A stretch of DNA of 64,000 nt from an uncultured delta proteobacterium (GTDB lineage Bacteria; Desulfobacterota; Binatia; UBA9968), in the NCBI GenBank assembly GCA_963816145.1, contig CAWFJP010000003.1, positions 320,001 to 384,000 on the forward strand, given 5' to 3'. Numbering within the stretch: the first letter of the stretch is position 1; the number at the start of each line of letters is the position of its first letter. Of the stretch, positions 20,207 to 30,423 are shown in pieces. The translations under genes were made by a program, and so were the position numbers. The notes under the pieces were generated by a model. That model was not told where the DNA came from, searched no databases, and saw nothing but the letters and a program-made list of their open reading frames with translations.

Positions 20207-20326
20207 GATTTACCTGAACTTTGCTTCTACTACACTTGGCCGTCCTGTGGCAAAGATTGGCGCGATTTTAGTAATTGCACAGCCAAGGGGTTGTGATATG
20301 AGACAGGCGACGTTGAGGGGCGAAGC

Positions 20327-21934
20327 ATGGAGAAACTGCCAAATTTTCTATTCATCATCACCGATCAGCACCGAGCCGACCATTTGGGCTGTTACGGCAA
20401 TCAGATCGTCAAAACGCCGAGCATCGACCGCTTGGCGCAAGCCGGCACTCGCTTCGACAACTTTTACGTGGCGACGCCGATCTGCATGCCTAACCGGGCG
20501 ACTTTCATGACCGGGCGCATGCCATCGCTCCACGGTGCGCGGCAAAATGGCATTCCTCTTTCTCTCAGCGCAACCACCTTCGTCGAGATCCTACGGTCGG
20601 CCGGCTACGACACCGCGCTGATCGGCAAGTGCCATCTGCAAAGCATCAGCGGCGCTCGTCCGACCATCGGCATGCCGGAAGCCGATCCTGACCGGATTCA
20701 GCCGCCGGAACATTTACGCGAGGCCGACAAGAGTTGGCTCAGCCATGGCCGCTACGATCAGGAACTGCGCTCGACCTGGCAAAACGATCCCGACTTCGGG
20801 CTCGCGCTCCCCTACTACGGATTTAGCCATGTCGAGCTCGCTGTCGGCCATGGTGACGAAGTCGTCGGCCATTATGACCGCTGGCTTAAGGAGCGCGAGC
20901 CCAACGGTGACGCAATGCGCGGGCGCAAGAACCAATTACCGGGCAACAACTTTGTCGCGCCCCAGGCCTGGCGAACGGCGATGCCGGAAGAACTCTATCC
21001 GACCGCCTACGTCGCCGAGCGGACCATCATGTATTTGGAAAACTATTCGCGCAGCGACCGCTCCCAACCGTTCTTCCTGCAATGCTCGTTTCCCGACCCG
21101 CACCATCCGTTCACGCCGCCGGGGCGCTACTGGGACATGTACAATCCGCAAGAGATTCCCTTGCCGCCGTCATTCAACCCCGGCGAGCGGCCCATCGTGC
21201 CGCACCTGCGCCGGCTCTACCAAGAACGCAGCGCTGAGGAAGCCAACAAGGACGGCCAACGCACCTTCGCCGTCACGGAACGAGAAGTACGCGAGGCCAC
21301 CGCGCTCACCTATGGCATGATCTCAATGATCGACGACGCCATCGGCAGTATTTTGGGCTGGCTTAAAACTCTGCGCCTCGATAATGACACCGTGGTGATT
21401 TTTACCAGCGATCACGGTGACTTCATGGGTGATCATCAACTATTGCTCAAAGGCGCGCTGCATTACCGCGGCCTGGTTCGCGTACCGTGCATCTGGAGCG
21501 ACCCGGCGAACGAGACCACCGGCATGCTCAATTCCGGATTGTGCGGCACCATCGATCTCGCGCCAACGATATTGCACCGTGCCGGTCTGGCCGGTCATAA
21601 CGGCATGCAGGGGAAAAGCTTGCTATCCGCACTGGCGGCCGAAACGACAGGCCATGAATCAGTGCTCATTGAGGAACACCAGCGGCGCGGCTATATGGGC
21701 TTGGCGAACAACTTCCGCGCCCGCAGCTTGATTACCAAACAGCACCGCTTGACCATCTACGAAGGCGTCGGCTGGGGCGAACTCTACAATTTCTCGACCG
21801 ATCCCGATGAACTCGACAATCTCTGGAATGACCCAAGCGCCCAAACCTTGAGACATGAACTGACCGAACAGCTAGCGCGAAAGATGATGGAAATGACCGA
21901 CACGAGCCCGCTGGCGACGCATCACGGACCGTAG
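20327..21934 (+). CDS. Formylglycine-dependent sulfatase
   Basis: PNFLFIITDQ, CMPNR (CxPxR), GKCH, PHHPF, FTSDHG. Confidence 0.9.
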   Translation: MEKLPNFLFIITDQHRADHLGCYGNQIVKTPSIDRLAQAGTRFDNFYVATPICMPNRATFMTGRMPSLHGARQNGIPLSLSATTFVEILRSAGYDTALIGKCHLQSISGARPTIGMPEADPDRIQPPEHLREADKSWLSHGRYDQELRSTWQNDPDFGLALPYYGFSHVELAVGHGDEVVGHYDRWLKEREPNGDAMRGRKNQLPGNNFVAPQAWRTAMPEELYPTAYVAERTIMYLENYSRSDRSQPFFLQCSFPDPHHPFTPPGRYWDMYNPQEIPLPPSFNPGERPIVPHLRRLYQERSAEEANKDGQRTFAVTEREVREATALTYGMISMIDDAIGSILGWLKTLRLDNDTVVIFTSDHGDFMGDHQLLLKGALHYRGLVRVPCIWSDPANETTGMLNSGLCGTIDLAPTILHRAGLAGHNGMQGKSLLSALAAETTGHESVLIEEHQRRGYMGLANNFRARSLITKQHRLTIYEGVGWGELYNFSTDPDELDNLWNDPSAQTLRHELTEQLARKMMEMTDTSPLATHHGP

Positions 21935-21963
21935 CCAATATCCCGGTTCTATGCAAAAACGAC

Positions 21964-22001
21964 TGGAACCGCTGGAACGTTTGGAACAGCGGCGAAGCCG
22001 C
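21964..22001. repeat. 9-bp-period TGGAAC array (3 units) plus small hairpin
   Basis: TGGAAC at 21964, 21973, 21982; GCGGC-GAA-GCCGC. Confidence 0.78.
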
Positions 22002-22972
22002 TAAACATAGTGTTGTATGCGCTCCAAACTCGGCGCGAAAAACAGTTCTTCGACCTTTGGATTCTTTTTGATCATCCCCTGTTCGAATTCGTAACGAATC
22101 ACCGCTTCTAAGGCTTTGCGATTATCGTCGAGATTGTACGGCCAGGGGTCGGGGCCGAAGATTTCCCTTTGCTCGCGCATCAAGTCTTGCACCCAGACCA
22201 GCGCGAAACTGCGCGGGTCGCTGTTGCGGGAGTAACAGATTTGTTTGGCTCGCTCGAAGGCTTGCACCAGACTGATGCCGACCCACGGATGTTTTTCAAG
22301 AATATGATTTTTCACCACCACCGTGTGCATGATCGGAAAGTGGCCGCCGTTTTTGTAATATTCGATCTCGGCTTTTTTGGGATCGGGAAATAGCAGCGCC
22401 ACTTTGGGATTACCCGAGCGCATTGACGGCAGAGTCTCCGGATAAAGCGAGGCTTCGAGTTCGCCGTCGATTAGCATCTGATCGATATTTTTGCCGTGCG
22501 GCACGCGCTTGACGTTCATCCAAGCCGCCGGTTCGAACGGGATATCCTCTTCCTCCTGGCACCACCACTCGATGGTCTTTAAATCGACGTTGTAATGATC
22601 CTGCAGAATGCCGCGCATCCACAGCCCAGCGGAATTTTGCAAAGTATCGAGCGCGACGCGCGTACCGTTCAAATCGGACGGTTTTTCGATGCCGCAGGCG
22701 GTGCGCTTGACCATGTACTGATGACGGAAACGGCGGTGCGGGAACACTGGAATGGCGTTGTAGCCGCAGCCCTTGTCGCGCGACACCAGATAACCGACCA
22801 GCGACAGCTCGCAAACGTCGAACTCTTCATGTTTCAACATGCGGCCATGGCGCTCCGGCGACGCCATCGTCAGAACGTTGAGATCGATCCCCTGGGGCTG
22901 GATTTCGCCGTTGATCAATGGGCGCAAAAAGTCATAATCGCCGCAGGCCAAGGTCAACTGGAGTTTTGCCAT
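22001..22972 (-). CDS. 4,5-dihydroxyphthalate decarboxylase-like protein (periplasmic-binding fold, no signal peptide)
   Basis: LTLACGDYD, FDVCELS, IPVFPHRRFRH, FPIMHTVVV, GPDPWPY. Confidence 0.8.
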   Translation of the reverse strand: MAKLQLTLACGDYDFLRPLINGEIQPQGIDLNVLTMASPERHGRMLKHEEFDVCELSLVGYLVSRDKGCGYNAIPVFPHRRFRHQYMVKRTACGIEKPSDLNGTRVALDTLQNSAGLWMRGILQDHYNVDLKTIEWWCQEEEDIPFEPAAWMNVKRVPHGKNIDQMLIDGELEASLYPETLPSMRSGNPKVALLFPDPKKAEIEYYKNGGHFPIMHTVVVKNHILEKHPWVGISLVQAFERAKQICYSRNSDPRSFALVWVQDLMREQREIFGPDPWPYNLDDNRKALEAVIRYEFEQGMIKKNPKVEELFFAPSLERIQHYV

Positions 22973-23563
22973 TTACTCGCCTTTCACATGTTGCCGGTAA
23001 AGTTCCGGTGTATCGATATCGAGAGTGATGCCCACATCGTCCGTGTCGATCTCCAGCGTGTCCTGGCGATGGGCATTGACCACCGCCTTGGCGCCTTGGT
23101 CCAGCGGCGCGTTGAGTAATTCGTCGAACAGCGGCCGCGAAAATATCACCGGGTGGCCCCGTTTGCCTTGGTGGCGCGGGACAACGATGGAAAACTTCGA
23201 CCCGTCAAAGCGCTGCAGCATAAGGCGCACCAGCTTGGGATCGATGTATGGATGATCGACCAAATGCACCATCATGCCGACGCAATCCTTCGCCGCTTGC
23301 AAATGGCGCACAGCGACTTGCAGCGACGATAGCTGCCCCTGCTGGTAATCCGGATTGACGAGAATCTCCACCGGCAGATGGGTGATCCGGCGCCGCAGCT
23401 CCTCTGCGTTGAAGCCCAAGACGACAACGATACGCTCGACACCGCCCTGCTTGAGCGCGCCGACGATCCGATCGATGAAGGTCTGGCCGTCGATCGGCAA
23501 CAGCGCCTTGGGCCGGCCCATCCGGCTCGATTCTCCGGCGGATAGAACTACGGCAACGATCAT
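22973..23563 (-). CDS. mocA: Molybdenum cofactor cytidylyltransferase-like nucleotidyltransferase
   Basis: LSAGESSRMGRPKALL, GQLSSL, DHP, RGHPVIF, DIDTPE. Confidence 0.75.
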   Translation of the reverse strand: MIVAVVLSAGESSRMGRPKALLPIDGQTFIDRIVGALKQGGVERIVVVLGFNAEELRRRITHLPVEILVNPDYQQGQLSSLQVAVRHLQAAKDCVGMMVHLVDHPYIDPKLVRLMLQRFDGSKFSIVVPRHQGKRGHPVIFSRPLFDELLNAPLDQGAKAVVNAHRQDTLEIDTDDVGITLDIDTPELYRQHVKGE

Positions 23564-23595
23564 GGGCGAATTCGTCGAAGATTGTGGTAGCGAAG

Positions 23596-23691
23596 AATCT
23601 TCCTTAACCCATCTTTTTCAAAGAGGGGGCAAAAGCCAAGCTCCACGTCCACCACCCTCCCACTTTGAAAAAGGTAGATTGAGCGGAATTT
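23596..23691. repeat. Degenerate inverted pair of CCC.CTTTTTCAAAGAGGG-type palindromes
   Basis: AATCTTCCTTAACCCATCTTTTTCAAAGAGGGGG ... CCCACTTTGAAAAAGGTAGATTGAGCGGAATTT. Confidence 0.6.
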
Positions 23692-23752
23692 TCTTAAAGT
23701 TAGAAATCCAATCAAACATGAAAACGAATCTAAAGTTACCTGGGATGCGGAT

Positions 23753-24745
23753 TCATTTGTAAATCTTGTCGATGAAGCCGCTTTTCTCTAGTTCCCGCAC
23801 GATGCTGTCGTCTACGATATCCTCGACACGCAAAGTAGCACCGGGCTTTCGCGAAAGCGCCTCTTTGATCTGAACCTCAGTTCCTTCTCGGGTTACCAAT
23901 GGAACGCGATCATGCAACTTTACGTTGGCGGCCCAGGACGACTCTAAGAACTGCAAATTATTCTGACGCGTGTACTTGGCGATGAATTTCATGGTCTCTT
24001 GCTTACGGGTCTTAAGGAAATGGGTCGCTTCGATCAGCGCCATTGTGAGCTTTCTCATGGTTTCACGGTTGCTGGCGAGATAATGTTTTGTCGTCGTAGA
24101 GCAAATGTACGGAAAGTCGAAACGCTTTTGAAAATCCGCCGTGCTGATCATAATCCGATGAGGCATGCCCTTGGCGAGATGAATCGTTCCGGGAGGTGAC
24201 GGAAAGCCGACGATCTTACCCGACCTAAACGCCGCCGCCCGCTCCGACGGGCCACCTACCTGGATGATCGGCACATCCTTTACCGGCTCCAATCCTAAGC
24301 CTTTGATCAACGCCCGCGCAGCGACATCTGACGCGCTTCCAACCCGGCTGATGCCAACACTTTTCCCTTTGAGATCTTCCGCCGACTTGACGGATTCCTG
24401 GACAATTAACTCGTACGGGAGTGTGTTGATATAACACGCACTCATCACCAAATTGGCGCCGCCCACCACCGCGCTCGCGACCGCGCCGCCCGAGCTGTTC
24501 GCGACTTGGATATCACCCGAAACAAGGGTGGATACGCTCATTGTCGAGCTTTGGATGAAAATGAGTTCAACGTCCAGACCGTACTTCCGGTACATGCCGC
24601 CGTCTAACGCGATAAACCATACAGCATTCGAGGCGTCAGCCGAGCTGTAGGCGATCTTCAAGCGCTCCTGAGCCGCGCTGTGAGTGTAGCTCCCAATAGA
24701 AAATACCAGAAAAAGCGATAAGCTAGTGGTGATCCGGTGTATCAT
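23753..24745 (-). CDS. ABC substrate-binding protein, SsuA/NMT1 type
   Basis: Signal peptide, KYGLDVELI, DLKGKSVGISRVGSASD, ELEKSGFIDKIY. Confidence 0.85.
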   Translation of the reverse strand: MIHRITTSLSLFLVFSIGSYTHSAAQERLKIAYSSADASNAVWFIALDGGMYRKYGLDVELIFIQSSTMSVSTLVSGDIQVANSSGGAVASAVVGGANLVMSACYINTLPYELIVQESVKSAEDLKGKSVGISRVGSASDVAARALIKGLGLEPVKDVPIIQVGGPSERAAAFRSGKIVGFPSPPGTIHLAKGMPHRIMISTADFQKRFDFPYICSTTTKHYLASNRETMRKLTMALIEATHFLKTRKQETMKFIAKYTRQNNLQFLESSWAANVKLHDRVPLVTREGTEVQIKEALSRKPGATLRVEDIVDDSIVRELEKSGFIDKIYK

Positions 24746-24883
24746 GCCAATCAAACCTCCTGCCTCGAACAACTCAGATAGTGATATTGAGTGAATCTAA
24801 TATTGATTTAACGCAACAGAGAGGCGGGAATCAACAATCGGGAAACGCTAATTGGGGTTCATGGGGTGGCGAGCTTGTCATGC

Positions 24884-25987
24884 TCACTGTTCCGCGGGTA
24901 GCGCCATGCATTCCCCGGCAGGTAGCTCGACCCAGACCTGCGTGCCCCGGCGCACCTGCAAGGTGTAACGCTGGTGGGTCTGTAAAGTATTTTTGCCGAG
25001 TTCGATAGCGCAATCGAGATATTCACCGAGAAACATCGCGGCACCCACCTTACCTTCGATAATATTGCCGTCATCGGTAGGCTTTTCCAAGTTCACGTTA
25101 ATGCTCTCCGGCCGGACAACAACGACGACATTGCTGCCGACCGTAAGGCCGTCCAGCAACATGCATTTGAGCTTGCCGTCCCCCGTTGCAACCTCACCCG
25201 TGCCATCAAACTCGATTTTGGTGACTTGGCCGGTCATTTGATTGGTCGATCCGATAAAATTGGCGACGAACTTACTCTTCGGCTGAAGATATACCTCGCG
25301 CGGAGCGCCTTCTTGAATGATCACGCCGCCATTCATGATCGCGATTTTGTTCGACATCGAGAGGGCCTCGATCTGATCGTGAGTGACGTAAACCGTGGTT
25401 ATGCGCAGCCGTCGCTGCAATTCCCGCAATTCGAAGCGCATGCGCTCGCGCAGTTTGGCGTCGAGATTGCTCAAGGGCTCGTCCAAAAGCAACACCTGAG
25501 GCTCGCGAACCAACGCGCGCGCCAAGGCCAGACGCTGCTGCTGCCCACCGGACAATTGCGTCGCCATGCGATCCTGGTACTCGCCGAGTTCTACCTGTTC
25601 CAAGGCGGTCGTGACTTTCTTTTTGACGTCGGCGTTACTGACTTTCTGTTTTCCGACACGTAGCGGGAAAGCGACATTTTCGAAGACCGTGAGATGAGGC
25701 CAAATGGCGTAGCTTTGAAATACCATGCCGATGGGCCGCCGATACGCCGGCACAAAAATCCCTTCGGAATCTGCATAAACTTTTTGCCCGGCAACAATGA
25801 TTTCCCCGCCGTTGGCTCGTTCCAATCCAGCGATACAGCGCAGCGTGGTGGTTTTCCCACAGCCCGACGGGCCGAGCAAAGTGTAGAAACGACCGTCCTC
25901 AACATTGAAGCTGATATCGTTAACGGCCTTGACCCCGGCGTTGGAGCCATCCTCGTAAATCTTTACCAGCCCCTTTACTTCAATCAC
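24884..25987 (-). CDS. ABC ATP-binding protein (FbpC/PotA-like)
   Basis: GPSGCGKT, LSGGQQQR, LLLDEP, VTHDQ; TOBE-like C-terminus. Confidence 0.93.
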   Translation of the reverse strand: MIEVKGLVKIYEDGSNAGVKAVNDISFNVEDGRFYTLLGPSGCGKTTTLRCIAGLERANGGEIIVAGQKVYADSEGIFVPAYRRPIGMVFQSYAIWPHLTVFENVAFPLRVGKQKVSNADVKKKVTTALEQVELGEYQDRMATQLSGGQQQRLALARALVREPQVLLLDEPLSNLDAKLRERMRFELRELQRRLRITTVYVTHDQIEALSMSNKIAIMNGGVIIQEGAPREVYLQPKSKFVANFIGSTNQMTGQVTKIEFDGTGEVATGDGKLKCMLLDGLTVGSNVVVVVRPESINVNLEKPTDDGNIIEGKVGAAMFLGEYLDCAIELGKNTLQTHQRYTLQVRRGTQVWVELPAGECMALPAEQ

Positions 25988-26005
25988 AAAAAGCCTCGCA
26001 ATTTC

Positions 26006-27730
26006 TTATGTCTGGATGCCAATCTTGCCGGTAAGCTTGTAGAAGATCGCGACGATGGTCAATAGCGTGGCGATCATCAAAACGCCGATGGCGGCGACTA
26101 CGGTCACTTGGCCCTGTTCAAACATGGTGAAGAGTAAAATCGACAGTACCCGGCTTTCGCCGGTGGCGAGCAGAACCGACGTCGAAAACTCCCGAAATGA
26201 AACGATAAAAATATAAATCCAGCCCGCCACCAAGCCCGGCCGCAACAGCGGCAATGTGACGCGCTTGAAGGTTTCCCACCACGAGGCGCCGGAAGCCGAG
26301 GCAGCCTCTTCGAGTTCGCTGTGGATTTGCAAAATCGAGCCAGAGGCCGAGCGCATGCCATAGGGTATATAACGAGTCACATAAGCGATGAGCAAAACCC
26401 AGATGGTGCCGTAAATCGGCAGCGGGAAAGCCACGTAGAGCAGAATCAGCGACATGCCCATGACAATGCCCGGGATTGTGATCGGCACAAAAGCTAGGAA
26501 GTCCAAGATCCAAGCACCGCGAAGCTTACTCTTGTAGACAATCCAAGCGATCAATGATGTCAGCACCATCGCTACGGTTGCCGTAAGCGTCGCCAGAATA
26601 ATGCTGTTTTTCATCGCATCCCAGAATGGGCGAAAGCCGTTCAAGTAGCGGTAATTTTCGAGAGTCAGCTTGTCCAGCGCATCCCATCCCGGAGTGGCGA
26701 AAAAGGGCAAAAACGAAGCCCAAAACAACACGAGAAAAGGCAGCAGCACAACGAATATGAAATAGCTCAGCAAGAAGCCGAGCCCAGCCCAGCGCCACGC
26801 CCCCAGTTCGAACTGTCGCGGCCGGAAAGCTTTGCCGGTGACGGTTTGAAACTTCTTGCTTTCTTTGGTCGACCGCGTGTACAGCCAGACGCCGACCGCG
26901 CTCAACAACAGCAACCCAACCGCCAATGCGCCGCCGCGGCCGTAGTCGGGTGGATACTCGTTGAAAGCCAGGTATATCTCACTCGTGTAGACATAGATCC
27001 GCGCTGGGATACCGACCAACGCGGGAGTCTCGAAGGATTCGAGAGTGCGAACAAAGAGAATCAGTAAAACCGATCCAGCCGTCGGCATGAGCAAACGCAG
27101 GGTGACGCGCTTGAAGGTTTGCCAGGTGCCGGCACCGGACATCATGGCCGACTCTTCAAGAGACGGGTCCATGGACTTGAACGCCGCCACCATCAGAAGA
27201 AACGCCAACGGCACCTGCCCCACCGAGTGCACCCAGATCATGCCGGGCAGGGAGAAGACGTTGAATGGCGGCGAGGTTAGGCCAAAGAGATTCATGAGCC
27301 AGACGTTCAGATAGCCAAACTTCGGACTGAGTAAAAAGATCCAGGCGATCGATTCCAGCACACCGGGAAGAATCAACGGCACCACGGCGAGGGGCACAAA
27401 AATCTTACGAAGGGGCGTATTGGTGCGCTCGGTGAGCCACGCGAGCATCGTTCCAAGGGTAAAACTAAGAATCGCCGAACCTGCCCCAAAAATCAAAGAA
27501 TTCGCGAACGTCGAGTAAGTGTATTGGCTGGCATAGGCGGCTTGATAGTTTTTGAGCGTATAGACGAACTCGCGCGGCGCAACTTCGGCTTGAAAGCTGC
27601 CTACAATAAGCATCAAAAGCGGCAAGACTGCTAGATAGATGAGGACGCCGGCGCCGGCCAGTGGAATCAGCCATGCCGGATCAAAATAAAAACTCGCTCT
27701 GTCAGTCCGCGTCATTGTAGCAGTGGCCAT
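26006..27730 (-). CDS. ABC permease, FbpB-like duplicated type
   Basis: Two EAA loops (SLEESAMMSGA, ELEEAASASGA) and multiple TM segments. Confidence 0.92.
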   Translation of the reverse strand: MATATMTRTDRASFYFDPAWLIPLAGAGVLIYLAVLPLLMLIVGSFQAEVAPREFVYTLKNYQAAYASQYTYSTFANSLIFGAGSAILSFTLGTMLAWLTERTNTPLRKIFVPLAVVPLILPGVLESIAWIFLLSPKFGYLNVWLMNLFGLTSPPFNVFSLPGMIWVHSVGQVPLAFLLMVAAFKSMDPSLEESAMMSGAGTWQTFKRVTLRLLMPTAGSVLLILFVRTLESFETPALVGIPARIYVYTSEIYLAFNEYPPDYGRGGALAVGLLLLSAVGVWLYTRSTKESKKFQTVTGKAFRPRQFELGAWRWAGLGFLLSYFIFVVLLPFLVLFWASFLPFFATPGWDALDKLTLENYRYLNGFRPFWDAMKNSIILATLTATVAMVLTSLIAWIVYKSKLRGAWILDFLAFVPITIPGIVMGMSLILLYVAFPLPIYGTIWVLLIAYVTRYIPYGMRSASGSILQIHSELEEAASASGASWWETFKRVTLPLLRPGLVAGWIYIFIVSFREFSTSVLLATGESRVLSILLFTMFEQGQVTVVAAIGVLMIATLLTIVAIFYKLTGKIGIQT

Positions 27731-27770
27731 AGAACACCTTCTGGAGATAACCGCGGCGAATACGGGTCAG

Positions 27771-28787
27771 CTATCTCAGGCTGAATATTTCCTTCCAAAT
27801 CTTATCGTACTTGGGAAATTCTTTAAGGTCGGCCGCAGTGATAAAATAGGTTTTTTCTGTTTTGGTTTTATCGACCGGGTCAACCTTGGGATGAGCGGGA
27901 TTGCGACCCCCTTGGGCCATGACTTTTTGCCCATCAAGACTCGCGACCCAGCGAGCAAACAGCAAGGCGGTGTTCGGATGCGGCGCGTTCTTGAAGATCG
28001 CCGTACCGTTGATCGAAGCGACACCTTCGCTCAGCATGTAATTGACCGGCGCACCCTTCTTGATCCGGCTCGGATAATGATGCGAGTAACAGGTCAGGCA
28101 CACCGCGGCTTGGCCGGCGACCAACAATTCGGCCAATTGCGAATGCCCCTTATGAAACTCGACGTTTTGCGCGGCGATTTTCTTCCAGTAATCGATCGCC
28201 TTCTCGTCGCTTTTGAAACGATACTTGGCAAAGGCCAAGAGCATTTCAAGGTCGCGAGGCTCGGCGATCATGCGGCCTTTCCAACGCGGGTTAAGAAAAT
28301 CGTCGTAGGATTTCGGTTCCTCGTCTTTCTTGACCAGATTGGTATTCCAGGCGGCGATGAAATACTGGAGGTCTGACGAGGTCCAAAAAGAACCTTTCAG
28401 CCCGGCGGGATAATCCGCCGCTTCCGGCAAGGTAATTTCTAGCAATAACCCTTGATCGTGGGCCTGAGTGACGTTTTCCAGGGGAATCTGCAGCACATCG
28501 CCTAGCGTCTTGCCGCCGCGCGCCTCGGTGACGGCCCGAGCGACTAATTTATCAGAAGTGGCATCGACGTGATTGATTTTGATACCGGGAAATTTTTTTT
28601 CAAAAACCGGTAATATTTTCTCGGCATTAACCTGCGCTAACGTGCCGTAAAAATTAAGCGTCCCGCCTTCTTTTAGCGCCTTTTGATGAAGCTCTTCGAG
28701 TGATTGCCCCCGCACGGTAGTGGCGGCCAATGGTCCAAGCAGCCATATAGCTAAAGTGAAAGGGACAATTCTATTGATAAACCGCAT
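27771..28787 (-). CDS. ABC solute-binding protein, tandem paralog 1
   Basis: Signal peptide; KALKEGGTLNFYGTLAQ; CLTCYSHHY; APHPNTA. Confidence 0.88.
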   Translation of the reverse strand: MRFINRIVPFTLAIWLLGPLAATTVRGQSLEELHQKALKEGGTLNFYGTLAQVNAEKILPVFEKKFPGIKINHVDATSDKLVARAVTEARGGKTLGDVLQIPLENVTQAHDQGLLLEITLPEAADYPAGLKGSFWTSSDLQYFIAAWNTNLVKKDEEPKSYDDFLNPRWKGRMIAEPRDLEMLLAFAKYRFKSDEKAIDYWKKIAAQNVEFHKGHSQLAELLVAGQAAVCLTCYSHHYPSRIKKGAPVNYMLSEGVASINGTAIFKNAPHPNTALLFARWVASLDGQKVMAQGGRNPAHPKVDPVDKTKTEKTYFITAADLKEFPKYDKIWKEIFSLR

Positions 28788-28891
28788 ACAACCAAATCCT
28801 CCAATCGAATATTCTGTAGATCACCGGCGTCACAAAGGTTAGGTTTTTTACCAGGCGACGCACGCGGTTTCAACACGGCCTCATTTTTCAA

Positions 28892-29914
28892 TTACCTAAG
28901 TTTGAAAACTTCCTTCCAGACTTTTTCGTACTTGGGAAACTGCTGAATGTCGTCGGCGCCGATGGCGTAGATTTTCTTCGGGCGCACCGGCAAAATGGGC
29001 TCAACATTGGGATGCGCCGGCGTGCGGCCGCCTTTGGCGTAAGCTTCCTGTCCTTCCTTGGACTCCGCCCAGCGGGCAAACAACATCGCGGTGTTTGGAT
29101 GCGGTGCATCCTTCGCGATCGAGACCGCGATGATGCTCGCTATGCCTTCCGACAGCATGTAACCGAGAGGCGCCCCTTTCTTGATCCGTGAGGGGTAGTG
29201 ATGTGAATAACAAGTAAAGCAAGCCGCCGCTTGGCCCGCCACCAGCAGTTCCGCAAGATCGGAATGGCCTTTGTGAAACTCAACGTTATTGGCGGCGATT
29301 TTGACCAGAGTCGCACGGGCCTTTTCCAAGCTATTGTATTTACGCGTCAAACCGATCACTAACTCCGCGTCGCGCGGTTCGGCGATCAATCGGTTCTTCC
29401 AGCGCGGATCGGCGAAGTCATCGAGGGACTTCGGTTCTTCATCCTTTTTCACCTTATTCGTATTCCAAGCGCCAACGAAAAAGATCATATTATTGGCCAG
29501 CCAATAGCTGCCTTTCAGATCGCTCGGATACTCGGCCGCTTCGGGAATCGGTTGGTCCAGCAATAGTTTCTGTTCGTGCAACTGATTGATATTTTCAAGA
29601 CCGAACTCGAAAACGTCAGAGAAAACCTTGCCGCCGCGCGCCTCGGTGATCGCCCGCACCGCGAGCTTGTCGGAAGTCGCGTCGACATGATTGATTTTGA
29701 TGCCGGGAAAACGCTTTTCGAACACCGGATAAATCTTTTCGGCGTTGATCTGCGCCAGCGAGCAATAGCAATTAAGCGTGCCGCCTTCCTTAAGAGCTTT
29801 CTTATAAACCTCATCGAGTGTTTCGGCGCCCGCTCCCCATGTCATGCCGACCAGAACTAGGCCCACTAAACCACCGAATACAGCTATGTTTCGAAATTTG
29901 TGAATACCGATCAT
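28892..29914 (-). CDS. ABC solute-binding protein, tandem paralog 2
   Basis: Same motifs as its neighbours (CFTCYSHHYPSRIKKGAP). Confidence 0.88.
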   Translation of the reverse strand: MIGIHKFRNIAVFGGLVGLVLVGMTWGAGAETLDEVYKKALKEGGTLNCYCSLAQINAEKIYPVFEKRFPGIKINHVDATSDKLAVRAITEARGGKVFSDVFEFGLENINQLHEQKLLLDQPIPEAAEYPSDLKGSYWLANNMIFFVGAWNTNKVKKDEEPKSLDDFADPRWKNRLIAEPRDAELVIGLTRKYNSLEKARATLVKIAANNVEFHKGHSDLAELLVAGQAAACFTCYSHHYPSRIKKGAPLGYMLSEGIASIIAVSIAKDAPHPNTAMLFARWAESKEGQEAYAKGGRTPAHPNVEPILPVRPKKIYAIGADDIQQFPKYEKVWKEVFKLR

Positions 29915-30031
29915 GAAACCTCCCTTTTACGAACCCCCGTCAATTTTTATGTCTGGCTTGGGGCTGCGATCGCATTTGATTCATACATGTCTGTTTTCGC
30001 GCTTAAATCGGATAACCAAGACAAACTCATT

Positions 30032-30280
30032 TTAGCGGAGATTAATTGCTTCTTTCCAAATCTTTTCGTACTTTTTCCAATCCTTTATCTCTTCAGTGCC
30101 GATGGGGTAAATTTTCGCTGGACGAATTTTGATCTGTGCCAGGGTGCCGTAAAAATTGAGCGTGCTTTCCTCTTTGAGGGCTCTTTGATAAAGCTCGTCC
30201 AGAGTTTCGCTGCGAGCTCCCGGTATCATGCCGAGCAGAAATAGCGTGATCAATCCTACGAATTTAACGGTAAGGTACAC
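30032..30280 (-). pseudogene. Internally deleted in-frame mini-paralog of the flanking SBPs
   Basis: Signal peptide + ETLDELYQRALKEESTLNFYGTLAQI fused directly to the C-terminal KIRPAKIYPIGTEEIKDWKKYEKIWKE. Confidence 0.85.
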
Positions 30281-30423
30281 ACTTTTCGCATTTCGATCAT
30301 AAAACCTATTCTCGCGACAGTCAGCACAATGTGGCGAGCGCTGTTCTCGATTCCAGCGCTCGCGCTACAGATTGACTCATTCCGTTCAAGCGCCCAGTTC
30401 AAGATGCCAAGAGCGAACGAAAT

